A stretch of 64,000 nucleotides of DNA from Laetmonice hystrix (taxonomy: Eukaryota), in contig OZ249436.1 of assembly GCA_965235115.1 (NCBI GenBank), positions 24,492,001 through 24,556,000 on the forward strand, in the 5' to 3' direction. Shown here piece after piece: positions 39,401 through 52,700 of the stretch. The notes under the pieces were generated by a model. It saw only the letters and a program-made list of their open reading frames with translations, did no database searches and was not told where the DNA came from. The translations under genes and the position numbers were made by a program. Position 1 is the first letter of the stretch, and every line of letters starts with the position of its first letter.

Positions 39401-42400
39401 GAGTTTCCAATTAATTTAAAGTTAACAAGATGCACTAATAATCGATTCCAAGCCTAATTAGGCCATTGCTAGTTGGATAACCAAATCTCATACAAAATAC
39501 ACCCTCCCGGCAGATGACCTGAGAATATTCAACTCTTATGTCCGATATATCCCTGTCCGCTTAGTAGCACCCAGCCGGGCCCCCATTTTGACATTGCAAC
39601 ACCAATACAGCAAGTGCCCAGCTAACAGCACAAATAACAGGATTCAGGGCTTCCTACCACGTTACAAGTCACAATAGATTGCTGCCTGTCGTAAAAATAT
39701 ACCAGACCATTTTAAAAAGTCACAGAACCCCAATCCGGCCCTAATATGTCACTCCCAGTACCAATAGACGCTGGAAGCACCATCAACTGAAATTCAGGCC
39801 TAGAACCCACCTCTCTCTACCAATATCATGCACCTAGTCCGTATACGAGGTTGTAATTTCCTTTAATCAACGGGCTGCGCCGCAGCAACCCACTCTGGTC
39901 TTTGCAATCTTTTTCAATATGCGTTAACATTTGTGACCAGCTCAACGCGCCTTGTAAAATTTTTCAAAGTGCGTAAAAGTGTGTGTCCACCCCGACACGC
40001 TTTCCAAACCACTATACCCACCGAGCGACATCCACTCAAATACAGGCTTCGACCGATCCTCACTGTGCCAATAATCCGCCACAAGGCAAATTCAGTCAAT
40101 GCAAGCTGGAAAATCGAATGTCAAACCTAATGCTCCCCCCCCAGCACGTTAACTGAAAAAAATCAACTAGCTTGAAAACTAGAATATAGCTTTGTTTAGC
40201 TAACAATCTACTCTCCCAGCGCCATCAACTCGCATACAGGCGTAAAAGCAAACGCACTGCCCCATATAATGCTCCCAGCATAAAACGATGTTGCAATTAA
40301 TTTAAAATTAACAAGATGCACTAGTAATCCGATCCAAGCTTAATTACGTCATTGCTAGTTTCATAACCAAATCTCACAGAAAATACCCCACCCGGGCACA
40401 TAACCTGAAAATATTCAACTTTTATCTCCAATGTATCCCTGTGCACCTAGTAGCACCCAAGCGGGCCCAATTTTGACATTCCAACACAAATACCGCAAAT
40501 ACCCGCCTAATGGCACAAAAAACTTTCTACCCCGTTGCAAGTCACATTAGCTTGCTGCTTGTCGTAAAAAATGGTGCAGACCATTTCTAAAGTCACAGTA
40601 CCCCACTCCCGGCCTAATATTACGTTTCAGTATCCATATACGCTGCAAGCGGCAGGAACTCGAATACAGGCCTAAAAGTAACCCCAGTCTAGCAATATCA
40701 TACTCTCATGCCATATACGAGCTTGTAATTATCTTTAATTAATGGGCTCCGCAGCACCAACCCACTGCATTAACATTTGTTTAACAGCTTAACGCACCTT
40801 GTAAAAAAATTTTCAAGTGCGTAAAAATGCGTGTCCACCTCCACATACTTTAAAAATCACTATACCCACCCAGCGACATTCACTCTAATACACGCCTAAG
40901 AGGAACTTCACTGTCCCATTTGATTCTCCAGCACGTATAGGATGTTTCAAGTAACATTTATCCACGGTCTGGCCCAATAACGTGCAACAAGGCATAGTAA
41001 GTCAATGCGAGCTCGCATGTCAAACCTAACCCGCCCCCCAGCACATGAGCTGAAAATATTCAAATAGCTTGAAAACTAGAATATAGCTTTGCTTAATACC
41101 ATTATACCATCAACTCGCATTACAGGCCTAATGCGAAGCTCCCAGCCTAAAACGAGTTTCCAATTAATTTAAAGTTAACAAGATGCACTAATAATCGATT
41201 CCAAGCCTAATTAGGCCATTGCTAGTTGGATATCCAAATCTCATACAAAATACACCCTCCCGGCAGATGACCTGAGAATATTCAACTCTTATGTCCGATA
41301 TATCCCTGTCCGCTTAGTAGCACCCAGCCGGGCCCCCATTTTGACATTGCAACACCAATACAGCAAGTGCCCAGCTAACAGCACAAATAACAGGATTCAG
41401 GGCTTCCTACCACGTTACAAGTCACAATAGATTGCTGCCTGTCGTAAAAATATACCAGACCATTTTAAAAAGTCACAGAACCCCAATCCGGCCCTAATAT
41501 GTCACTCCCAGTACCAATACACGCTGGAAGCACCATCAACTGAAATTCAGGCCTAGAACCCACCTCTCTCTACCAATATCATGCACCTAGTCCGTATACG
41601 AGGTTGTAATTTACTTTAATCAACGGGCTGCGCCGCAGCAACCCACTCTGGTCTTTGCAATCTTTTTCAATATGCGTTAACATTTGTAACCAGCTCAACG
41701 CGCCTTGTAAAATTTTTCAAAGTGCGTAAAAGTGTGTGTCCACCCCGACACGCTTTCCAAACCACTATACCCACCGAGCGACATCCACTCAAATACAGGC
41801 TTCGACCGATCCTCACTGTGCCAATAATCCGCCACAAGGCAAATTCAGTCAATGCAAGCTGGAAAATCGAATGTCAAACCTAATGCTCCCCCCCCCCCAG
41901 CACGTTAACTGAAAATAATCAACTAGCTTGAAAACTAGAATATAGCTTTGTTAAGCTAACAATCTACTCTCCCAGCGCCATCAACTCGCATACAGGCGTA
42001 AAAGCAAACGCACTGCCCCATATAATGCTTCCAGCCTAAAACGATGTTGCAATTAATTTAAAATTAACAAGATGCACTAGTAATCCGATCCAAGCCTAAT
42101 TACGTCATTGCTAGTTTCATAACCAAATCTCACAGAAAATACCCCACCCGCGCACATAACCTGAAAATATTCAACTTTTATCTCCAATGTATCCCTGTGC
42201 ACCTAGTAGCACCCAAGCGGGCCCAATTTTGACATTCCAACACAAATACCGCAAATACCCGCCTAATGGCACAAAAAACTTTCTACCCCGTTGCAAGTCA
42301 CATTAGCTTGCTGCTTGTCGTAAAAAATGGTGCAGACCATTTCTAAAGTCACAGTACCCCACTCCCGGCCTAATATTACGTTTCAGTATCCATATACGCT

Positions 42401-43772
42401 GCAAGCGGCAGGAACTCGAATACAGGCCTAAAAGTAACCCCAGTCTAGCAATATCATACTCTCATGCCATATACGAGCTTGTAATTATCTTTAATTAATG
42501 GGCTCCGCAGCACCAACCCACTGCATTAACATTTGTTTAACAGCTTAACGCACCTTGTAAAAAATTTTCAAGTGCGTAAAAATGCGTGTCCACCTCCACA
42601 TACTTTAAAAATCACTATACCCACCCAGCGACATTCACTCTAATACACGCCTAAGAGGAACTTCACTGTCCCATTTGATTCTCCAGCACGTATAGGATGT
42701 TTCAAGTAACATTTATCCACGGTCTGGCCCAATAACGTGCAACAAGGCATAGTAAGTCAATGCGACCTCGCATGTCAAACCTAACCCGCCCCCCAGCACA
42801 TGAGCTGGAGATATTCAAATAGCTTGAAAACTAGAATATAGCTTTGCTTAATACCATTATACCATCAACTCGCATTACAGGCCTAATGCGAAGCTCCCAG
42901 CCTAAAACGAGTTTCCAATTAATTTAAAGTTAACAAGATGCACTAATAATCGATTCCAAGCCTAATTAGGCCATTGCTAGTTGGATAACCAAATCTCATA
43001 CAAAATACACCCTCCCGGCAGATGACCTGAGAATATTCAACTCTTATGTCCGATATATCCCTGTCCGCTTAGTAGCACCCAGCCGGGCCCCCATTTTGAC
43101 ATTGCAACACCAATACAGCAAGTGCCCAGCTAACAGCACAAATAACAGGATTCAGGGCTTCCTACCACGTTACAAGTCACAATAGATTGCTGCCTGTCGT
43201 AAAAATATACCAGACCATTTTAAAAAGTCACAGAACCCCAATCCGGCCCTAATATGTCACTCCCAGTACCAATAGACGCTGGAAGCACCATCAACTGAAA
43301 TTCAGGCCTAGAACCCACCTCTCTCTACCAATATCATGCACCTAGTCCGTATACGAGGTTGTAATTTACTTTAATCAACGGGCTGCGCCGCAGCAACCCA
43401 CTCTGGTCTTTGCAATCTTTTTCAATATGCGTTAACATTTGTGACCAGCTCAACGCGCCTTGTAAAATTTTTCAAAGTGCGTAAAAGTGTGTGTCCACCC
43501 CGACACGCTTTCCAAACCACTATACCCACCGAGCGACATCCACTCAAATACAGGCTTCGACCGATCCTCACTGTGCCAATAATCCGCCACAAGGCAAATT
43601 CAGTCAATGCAAGCTGGAAAATCGAATGTCAAACCTAATGCTCCCCCCCCCCAGCACGTTAACTGAAAATAATCAACTAGCTTGAAAACTAGAATATAGC
43701 TTTGTTAAGCTAACAATCTACTCTCCCAGCGCCATCAACTCGCATACAGGCGTAAAAGCAAACGCACTGCCC
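24479..43772. repeat. Regular HOR run d-e-f-a-b-c-d-e-f-a-b, containing a complete copy at 29741-40262
   Basis: Same-type units lie exactly 10,522 bp apart (ORF anchors 27637/38159, 29392/39914, 31145/41667). Confidence 0.87.
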
Positions 43773-46700
43773 CATATAATGCTCCAAGCCTAAAACGATG
43801 TTGCAATTAATTTAAAATTAACAAGATGCACTAGTAATCCGATCCAAGCCTAATTACGTCATTGCTAGTTTCATAACCAAATCTCACAGAAAATACCCCA
43901 CCCGCGCACATAACCTGAAAATATTCAACTTTTATCTCCAATGTATCCCTGTGCACCTAGTAGCACCCAAGCGGGCCCAATTTTGACATTCCAACACAAA
44001 TACCGCAAATACCCGCCTAATGGCACAAAAAACTTTCTACCCCGTTGCAAGTCACATTAGCTTGCTGCTTGTCGTAAAAAATGGTGCAGACCATTTCTAA
44101 AGTCACAGTACCCCACTCCCGGCCTAATATTACGTTTCAGTATCCATATACGCTGCAAGCGGCAAGAACTCGAATACAGGCCTAAAAGTAACCCCAGTCT
44201 AGCAATATCATACTCTCATGCCATATACGAGCTTGTAATTATCTTTAATTAATGGGCTCCGCAGCACCAACCCACTGCATTAACATTTGTTTAACAGCTT
44301 AACGCACCTTGTAAAAAATTTTCAAGTGCGTAAAAATGCGTGTCCATCTCCACATACTTTAAAAATCACTATACCCACCCAGCGACATTCACTCTAATAC
44401 ACGCCTAAGAGGAACTTCACTGTCCCATTTGATTCTCCAGCACGTATAGGATGTTTCAAGTAACATTCATCCACGGTCTGGCCCAATAACGTGCAACAAG
44501 GCATAGTAAGTCAATGCGAGCTCGCATGTCAAACCTAACCCGCCCCCCAGCACATGAGCTGAAAATATTCAAATAGCTTGAAAACTAGAATATAGCTTTG
44601 CTTAATACCATTATACCATCAACTCGCATTACAGGCCTAATGCGAAGCTCCCAGCCTAAAACGAGTTTCCAATTAATTTAAAGTTAACAAGATGCACTAA
44701 TAATCGATTCCAAGCCTAATTAGGCCATTGCTAGTTGGATAACCAAATCTCATACAAAATACACCCTCCCGGCAGATGACCTGAGAATATTCAACTCTTA
44801 TGTCCGATATATCCCTGTCCGCTTTGTAGCACCCAGCCGGGCCCCCATTTTGACATTGCAACACCAATACAGCAAGTGCCCAGCTAACAGCACAAATAAC
44901 AGGATTCAGGGCTTCCTACCACGTTACAAGTCACAATAGATTGCTGCCTGTCGTAAAAATATACCAGACCATTTTAAAAAGTCACAGAACCCCAATCCGG
45001 CCCTAATATGTCACTCCCAGTACCAATACACTCTGGAAGCACCATCAACTGAAATTCAGGCCTAGAACCCACCTCTCTCTACCAATATCATGCACCTAGT
45101 CCGTATACGAGGTTGTAATTTACTTTAATCAACGGGCTGCGCCGCAGCAACCCACTCTGGTCTTTGCAATCTTTTTCAATATGCGTTAACATTTGTAACC
45201 AGCTCAACGCGCCTTGTAAAATTTTTCAAAGTGCGTAAAAGTGTGTGTCCACCCCGACACGCTTTCCAAACCACTATACCCACCGAGCGACATCCACTCA
45301 AATACAGGCTTCGACCGATCCTCACTGTGCCAATAATCCGCCACAAGGCAAATTCAGTCAATGCAAGCTGGAAAATCGAATGTCAAACCTAATACTCCCC
45401 CCCCCAGCACGTTAACTGAAAATAATCAACTAGCTTGAAAACTAGAATATAGCTTTGTTTAGCTAACAATCTACTCTCCCAGCGCCATCAACTCGCATAC
45501 AGGCGTAAAAGCAAACGCACTGCCCCATATAATGCTCCCAGCCTAAAACGATGTTGCAATTAATTTAAAATTAACAAGATGCACTAGTAATCCGATCCAA
45601 GCTTAATTACGTCATTGCTAGTTTCATAACCAAATCTCACAGAAAATACCCCACCCGGGCACATAACCTGAAAATATTCAACTTTTATCTCCAATGTATC
45701 CCTGTGCACCTAGTAGCACCCAAGCGGGCCCAATTTTGACATCCCAACACAAATACCGCAAATACCCGCCTAATGGCACAAAAAACTTTCTACCCCGTTG
45801 CAAGTCACATTAGCGTGCTGCTTGTCGTAAAAAATGGTGCAGACCATTTCTAAAGTCACAGTACCCCACTCCCGGCCTAATATTACGTTTCAGTATCCAT
45901 ATACGCTGCAAGCGGCAGGAACTCGAATACAGGCCTAAAAGTAACCTCAGTCTAGCAATATCATACTCCCATGCCATATACGAGCTTGTAATTATCTTTA
46001 ATTAATGGGCTCCGCAGCACCAACCCACTGCATTAACATTTGTTTAACAGCTTAACACACCTTGTAAAATTTTTTCAAGTGCGTAAAAATGCGTGTCCAC
46101 CTCCACATACTTTAAAAATCACTATACCCACCCAGCGACATCCACTCTAATACACGCCTAAAAGGAACTTCACTGTCCCATTTGATTCTCCAGCACGTAT
46201 AGGATGTTTCAAGTAACATTCATCCACGGTCTGGCCCAATAACGTGCAACAAGGCATAGTAAGTCAATGCGAGCTCGCATGTCAAACCTAACCCGCCCCC
46301 CAGCACATGAGCTGAAAATATTCAAATAGCTTGAAAACTAGAATATAGCTTTGCTTAATACCATTATACCATCAACTCGCATTACAGGCCTAATGCGAAG
46401 CTCCCAGCCTAAAACGAGTTTCCAATTAATTTAAAGTTAACAAGATGCACTAATAATCGATTCCAAGCCTAATTAGGCCATTGCTAGTTGGATAACCAAA
46501 TCTCATACAAAATACACCCTCCCGGCAGATGACCTGAGAATATTCAACTCTTATGTCCGATATATCCCTGTCCGCTTTGTAGCACCCAGCCGGGCCCCCA
46601 TTTTGACATTGCAACACCAATACAGCAAGTGCCCAGCTAACAGCACAAATAACAGGATTCAGGGCTTCCTACCACGTTACAAGTCACAATAGATTGCTGC

Positions 46701-49700
46701 CTGTCGTAAAAATATACCAGACCATTTTAAAAAGTCACAGAACCCCAATCCGGCCCTAATATGTCACTCCCAGTACCAATACACTCTGGAAGCACCATCA
46801 ACTGAAATTCAGGCCTAGAACCCACCTCTCTCTACCAATATCATGCACCTAGTCCGTATACGAGGTTGTAATTTACTTTAATCAACGGGCTGCGCCGCAG
46901 CAACCCACTCTGGTCTTTGCAATCTTTTTCAATATGCGTTAACATTTGTAACCAGCTCAACGCGCCTTGTAAAATTTTTCAAAGTGCGTAAAAGTGTGTG
47001 TCCACCCCGACACGCTTTCCAAACCACTATACCCACCGAGCGACATCCACTCAAATACAGGCTTCGACCGATCCTCACTGTGCCAATAATCCGCCACAAG
47101 GCAAATTCAGTCAATGCAAGCTGGAAAATCGAATGTCAAACCTAATACTCCCCCCCCCAGCACGTTAACTGAAAATAATCAACTAGCTTGAAAACTAGAA
47201 TATAGCTTTGTTTAGCTAACAATCTACTCTCCCAGCGCCATCAACTCGCATACAGGCGTAAAAGCAAACGCACTGCCCCATATAATGCTCCCAGCCTAAA
47301 ACGATGTTGCAATTAATTTAAAATTAACAAGATGCACTAGTAATCCGATCCAAGCTTAATTACGTCATTGCTAGTTTCATAACCAAATCTCACAGAAAAT
47401 ACCCCACCCGGGCACATAACCTGAAAATATTCAACTTTTATCTCCAATGTATCCCTGTGCACCTAGTAGCACCCAAGCGGGCCCAATTTTGACATCCCAA
47501 CACAAATACCGCAAATACCCGCCTAATGGCACAAAAAACTTTCTACCCCGTTGCAAGTCACATTAGCGTGCTGCTTGTCGTAAAAAATGGTGCAGACCAT
47601 TTCTAAAGTCACAGTACCCCACTCCCGGCCTAATATTACGTTTCAGTATCCATATACGCTGCAAGCGGCAGGAACTCGAATACAGGCCTAAAAGTAACCT
47701 CAGTCTAGCAATATCATACTCCCATGCCATATACGAGCTTGTAATTATCTTTAATTAATGGGCTCCGCAGCACCAACCCACTGCATTAACATTTGTTTAA
47801 CAGCTTAACACACCTTGTAAAATTTTTTCAAGTGCGTAAAAATGCGTGTCCACCTCCACATACTTTAAAAATCACTATACCCACCCAGCGACATCCACTC
47901 TAATACACGCCTAAAAGGAACTTCACTGTCCCATTTGATTCTCCAGCACGTATAGGATGTTTCAAGTAACATTCATCCACGGTCTGGCCCAATAACGTGC
48001 AACAAGGCATAGTAAGTCAATGCGAGCTCGCATGTCAAACCTAACCCGCCCCCCCAGCACATGAGCTGAAAATATTCAAATAGCTTGAAAACTAGAATAT
48101 AGCTTTGCTTAATACCATTATACCATCAACTCGCATTACAGGCCTAATGCGAAGCTCCCAGCCTAAAACGAGTTTCCAATTAATTTAAAGTTAACAAGAT
48201 GCACTAATAATCGATTCCAAGCCTAATTAGGCCATTGCTAGTTGGATAACCAAATCTCATACAAAATACACCCTCCCGGCAGATGACCTGAGAATATTCA
48301 ACTCTTATGTCCGATATATCCCTGTCCGCTTTGTAGCACCCAGCCGGGCCCCCATTTTGACATTGCAACACCAATACAGCAAGTGCCCAGCTAACAGCAC
48401 AAATAACAGGATTCAGGGCTTCCTACCACGTTACAAGTCACAATAGATTGCTGCCTGTCGTAAAAATATACCAGACCATTTTAAAAAGTCACAGAACCCC
48501 AATCCGGCCCTAATATGTCACTCCCAGTACCAATAGACGCTGGAAGCACCATCAACTGAAATTCAGGCCTAGAACCCACCTCTCTCTACCAATATCATGC
48601 ACCTAGTCCGTATACGAGGTTGTAATTTACTTCAATCAACGGGCTGCGCCGCAGCAACCCACTCTGGTCTTTGCAATCTTTTTCAATATGCGTTAACATT
48701 TGTGACCAGCTCAACGCGCCTTGTAAAATTTTTCAAAGTGCGTAAAAGTGTGTGTCCACCCCGACACGCTTTCCAAACCACTATACCCACCGAGCGACAT
48801 CCACTCAAATACAGGCTTCGACCGATCCTCACTGTGCCAATAATCCGCCACAAGGCAAATTCAGTCAATGCAAGCTGGAAAATCGAATGTCAAACCTAAT
48901 GCTCCCCCCCCCCCCAGCACGTTAACTGAAAAAAATCAACTAGCTTGAAAACTAGAATATAGCTTTGTTTAGCTAACAATCTACTCTCCCAGCGCCATCA
49001 ACTCGCATACAGGCGTAAAAGCAAACGCACTGCCCCATATAATGCTCCCAGCCTAAGACGATGTTGCAATTAATTTAAGATTAACAAGATGCACTAGTAA
49101 TCCGATCCAAGCCTAATTACGTCATTGCTAGTTTAATAACCAAATCTCACAGAAAATACCCCACCCGCGCACATAACCTGAAAATATTTAACTTTTATCT
49201 CCAATGTATCCCTGTGCACCTAGTAGCACACAAGCGGGCCCAATTTTGACATCCCAACACAAATACCGCAAATACCCGCCTAATGGCACAAAAAACTTTC
49301 TACCCCGTTGCAAGTCACATTAGCGTGCTGCTTGTCGTAAAAAATGGTGCAGACCATTTCTAAAGTCACAGTACCCCACTCCCGGCCTAATATTACGTTT
49401 CAGTATCCATATACGCTGCAAGCGGCAGGAACTCGAATACAGGCCTAAAAGTAACCTCAGTCTAGCAATATCATACTCCCATGCCATATACGAGCTTGTA
49501 ATTATCTTTAATTAATGGGCTCCGCAGCACCAACCCACTGCATTAACATTTGTTTAACAGCTTAACGCACCTTGTAAAATTTTTTCAAGTGCGTAAAAAT
49601 GCGTGTCCACCTCCACATACTTTAAAAATCACTATACCCACCCAGCGACATCCACTCTAATACACGCCTAAAAGGAACTTCACTGTCCCATTTGATTCTC

Positions 49701-52700
49701 CAGCACGTATAGGATGTTTCAAGTAACATTCATCCACGGTCTGGCCCAATAACGTGCAGCAAGGCATAGTAAGTCAATGCGAGCTGGCATGTCAAACCTA
49801 ACCCGCCCCCAAGCACATGAGCTGAAAATATTCAAATAGCTTGAAAACTAGAATATAGCTTTGCTTAATACCATTATACCATCAACTCGCATTACAGGCC
49901 TAATGCGAAGCTCCCAGCCTAAAACGAGTTTCCAATTAATTTAAAGTTAACAAGATGCACTAATAATCGATTCCAAGCCTAATTAGGCCATTGCTAGTTG
50001 GATAACCAAATCTCATACAAAATACACCCTCCCGGCAGATGACCTGAGAATATTCAACTCTTATGTCCGATATATCCCTGTCCGCTTAGTAGCACCCAGC
50101 CGGGCCCCCATTTTGACATTGCAACACCAATACAGCAAGTGCCCAGCTAACAGCACAAATAACAGGATTCAGGGCTTCCTACCACGTTACAAGTCACAAT
50201 AGATTGCTGCCTGTCGTAAAAATATACCAGACCATTTTAAAAAGTCACAGAACCCCAATCCGGCCCTAATATGTCACTCCCAGTACCAATACACGCTGGA
50301 AGCACCATCAACTGAAATTCAGGCCTAGAACCCACCTCTCTCTACCAATATCATGCACCTAGTCCGTATACGAGGTTGTAATTTACTTTAATCAACGGGC
50401 TGCGCCGCAGCAACCCACTCTGGTCTTTGCAATCTTTTTCAATATGCGTTAACATTTGTGACCAGCTCAACGCGCCTTGTAAAATTTTTCAAAGTGCGTA
50501 AAAGTGTGTGTCGACCCCGACACGCTTTCCAAACCACTATACCCACCGAGCGACATCCACTCAAATACAGGCTTCGACCGATCCTCACTGTGCCAATAAT
50601 CCGCCACAAGGCAAATTCAGTCAATGCAAGCTGGAAAATCGAATGTCAAACCTAATGCTCCCCCCCCCAGCACGTTAACTGAAAAAAATCAACTAGCTTG
50701 AAAACTAGAATATAGCTTTGTTTAGCTAACAATCTACTCTCCCAGCGCCATCAACTCGCATACAGGCGTAAAAGCAAACGCACTGCCCCATATAATGCTC
50801 CCAGCCTAAGACGATGTTGCAATTAATTTAAGATTAACAAGATGCACTAGTAATCCGATCCAAGCCTAATTACGTCATTGCTAGTTTCATAACCAAATCT
50901 CACAGAAAATACCCCACCCGCGCACATAACCTGAAAATATTCAACTTTTATCTCCAATGTATCCCTGTGCACCTAGTAGCACCCAAGCGGGCCCAATTTT
51001 GACATTCCAACACAAATACCGCAAATACCCGCCTAATGGCACAAAAAACTTTCTACCCCGTTGCAAGTCACATTAGCTTGCTGCTTGTCGTAAAAAATGG
51101 TGCAGACCATTTCTAAAGTCACAGTACCCCACTCCCGGCCTAATATTACGTTTCAGTATCCATATACGCTGCAAGCGGCAAGAACTCGAATACAGGCCTA
51201 AAAGTAACCCCAGTCTAGCAATATCATACTCTCATGCCATATACGAGCTTGTAATTATCTTTAATTAATGGGCTCCGCAGCACCAACCCACTGCATTAAC
51301 ATTTGTTTAACAGCTTAACGCACCTTGTAAAATTTTTTCAAGTGCGTAAAAATGCGTGTCCACCTCCACATACTTTAAAAATCACTATACCCACCCAGCG
51401 ACATCCACTCTAATACACGCCTAAAAGGAACTTCACTGTCCCATTTGATTCTCCAGCACGTATAGGATGTTTCAAGTAACATTCATCCACGGTCTGGCCC
51501 AATAACGTGCAGCAAGGCATAGTAAGTCAATGCGAGCTCGCATGTCAAACCTAACCCGCCCCCAAGCACATGAGCTGAAAATATTCAAATAGCTTGAAAA
51601 CTAGAATATAGCTTTGCTTAATACCATTATACCATCAACTCGCATTACAGGCCTAATGCGAAGCTCCCAGCCTAAAACGAGTTTCCAATTAATTTAAAGT
51701 TAACAAGATGCACTAATAATCGATTCCAAGCCTAATTAGGCCATTGCTAGTTGGATAACCAAATCTCATACAAAATACACCCTCCCGGCAGATGACCTGA
51801 GAATATTCAACTCTTATGTCCGATATATCCCTGTCCGCTTAGTAGCACCCAGCCGGGCCCCCATTTTGACATTGCAACACCAATACAGCAAGTGCCCAGC
51901 TAACAGCACAAATAACAGGATTCAGGGCTTCCTACCACGTTACAAGTCACAATAGATTGCTGCCTGTCGTAAAAATATACCAGACCATTTTAAAAAGTCA
52001 CAGAACCCCAATCCGGCCCTAATATGTCACTCCCAGTACCAATACACGCTGGAAGCACCATCAACTGAAATTCAGGCCTAGAACCCACCTCTCTCTACCA
52101 ATATCATGCACCTAGTCCGTATACGAGGTTGTAATTTACTTTAATCAACGGGCTGCGCCGCAGCAACCCACTCTGGTCTTTGCAATCTTTTTCAATATGC
52201 GTTAACATTTGTGACCAGCTCAACGCGCCTTGTAAAATTTTTCAAAGTGCGTAAAAGTGTGTGTCGACCCCGACACGCTTTCCAAACCACTATACCCACC
52301 GAGCGACATCCACTCAAATACAGGCTTCGACCGATCCTCACTGTGCCAATAATCCGCCACAAGGCAAATTCAGTCAATGCAAGCTGGAAAATCGAATGTC
52401 AAACCTAATGCTCCCCCCCCCCAGCACGTTAACTGAAAAAAATCAACTAGCTTGAAAACTAGAATATAGCTTTGTTTAGCTAACAATCTACTCTCCCAGC
52501 GCCATCAACTCGCATACAGGCGTAAAAGCAAAAGCACTGCCCCATATAATGCTCCCAGCCTAAGACGATGTTGCAATTAATTTAAGATTAACAAGATGCA
52601 CTAGTAATCCGATCCAAGCCTAATTACGTCATTGCTAGTTTCATAACCAAATCTCACAGAAAATACCCCACCCGCGCACATAACCTGAAAATATTCAACT

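Noticed and set aside
48597..48899. 100-aa ATG-initiated ORF
   Set aside because: It exists in one unit only because a private T-to-C change at 48633 turns TAA into CAA. No homology was recognised.
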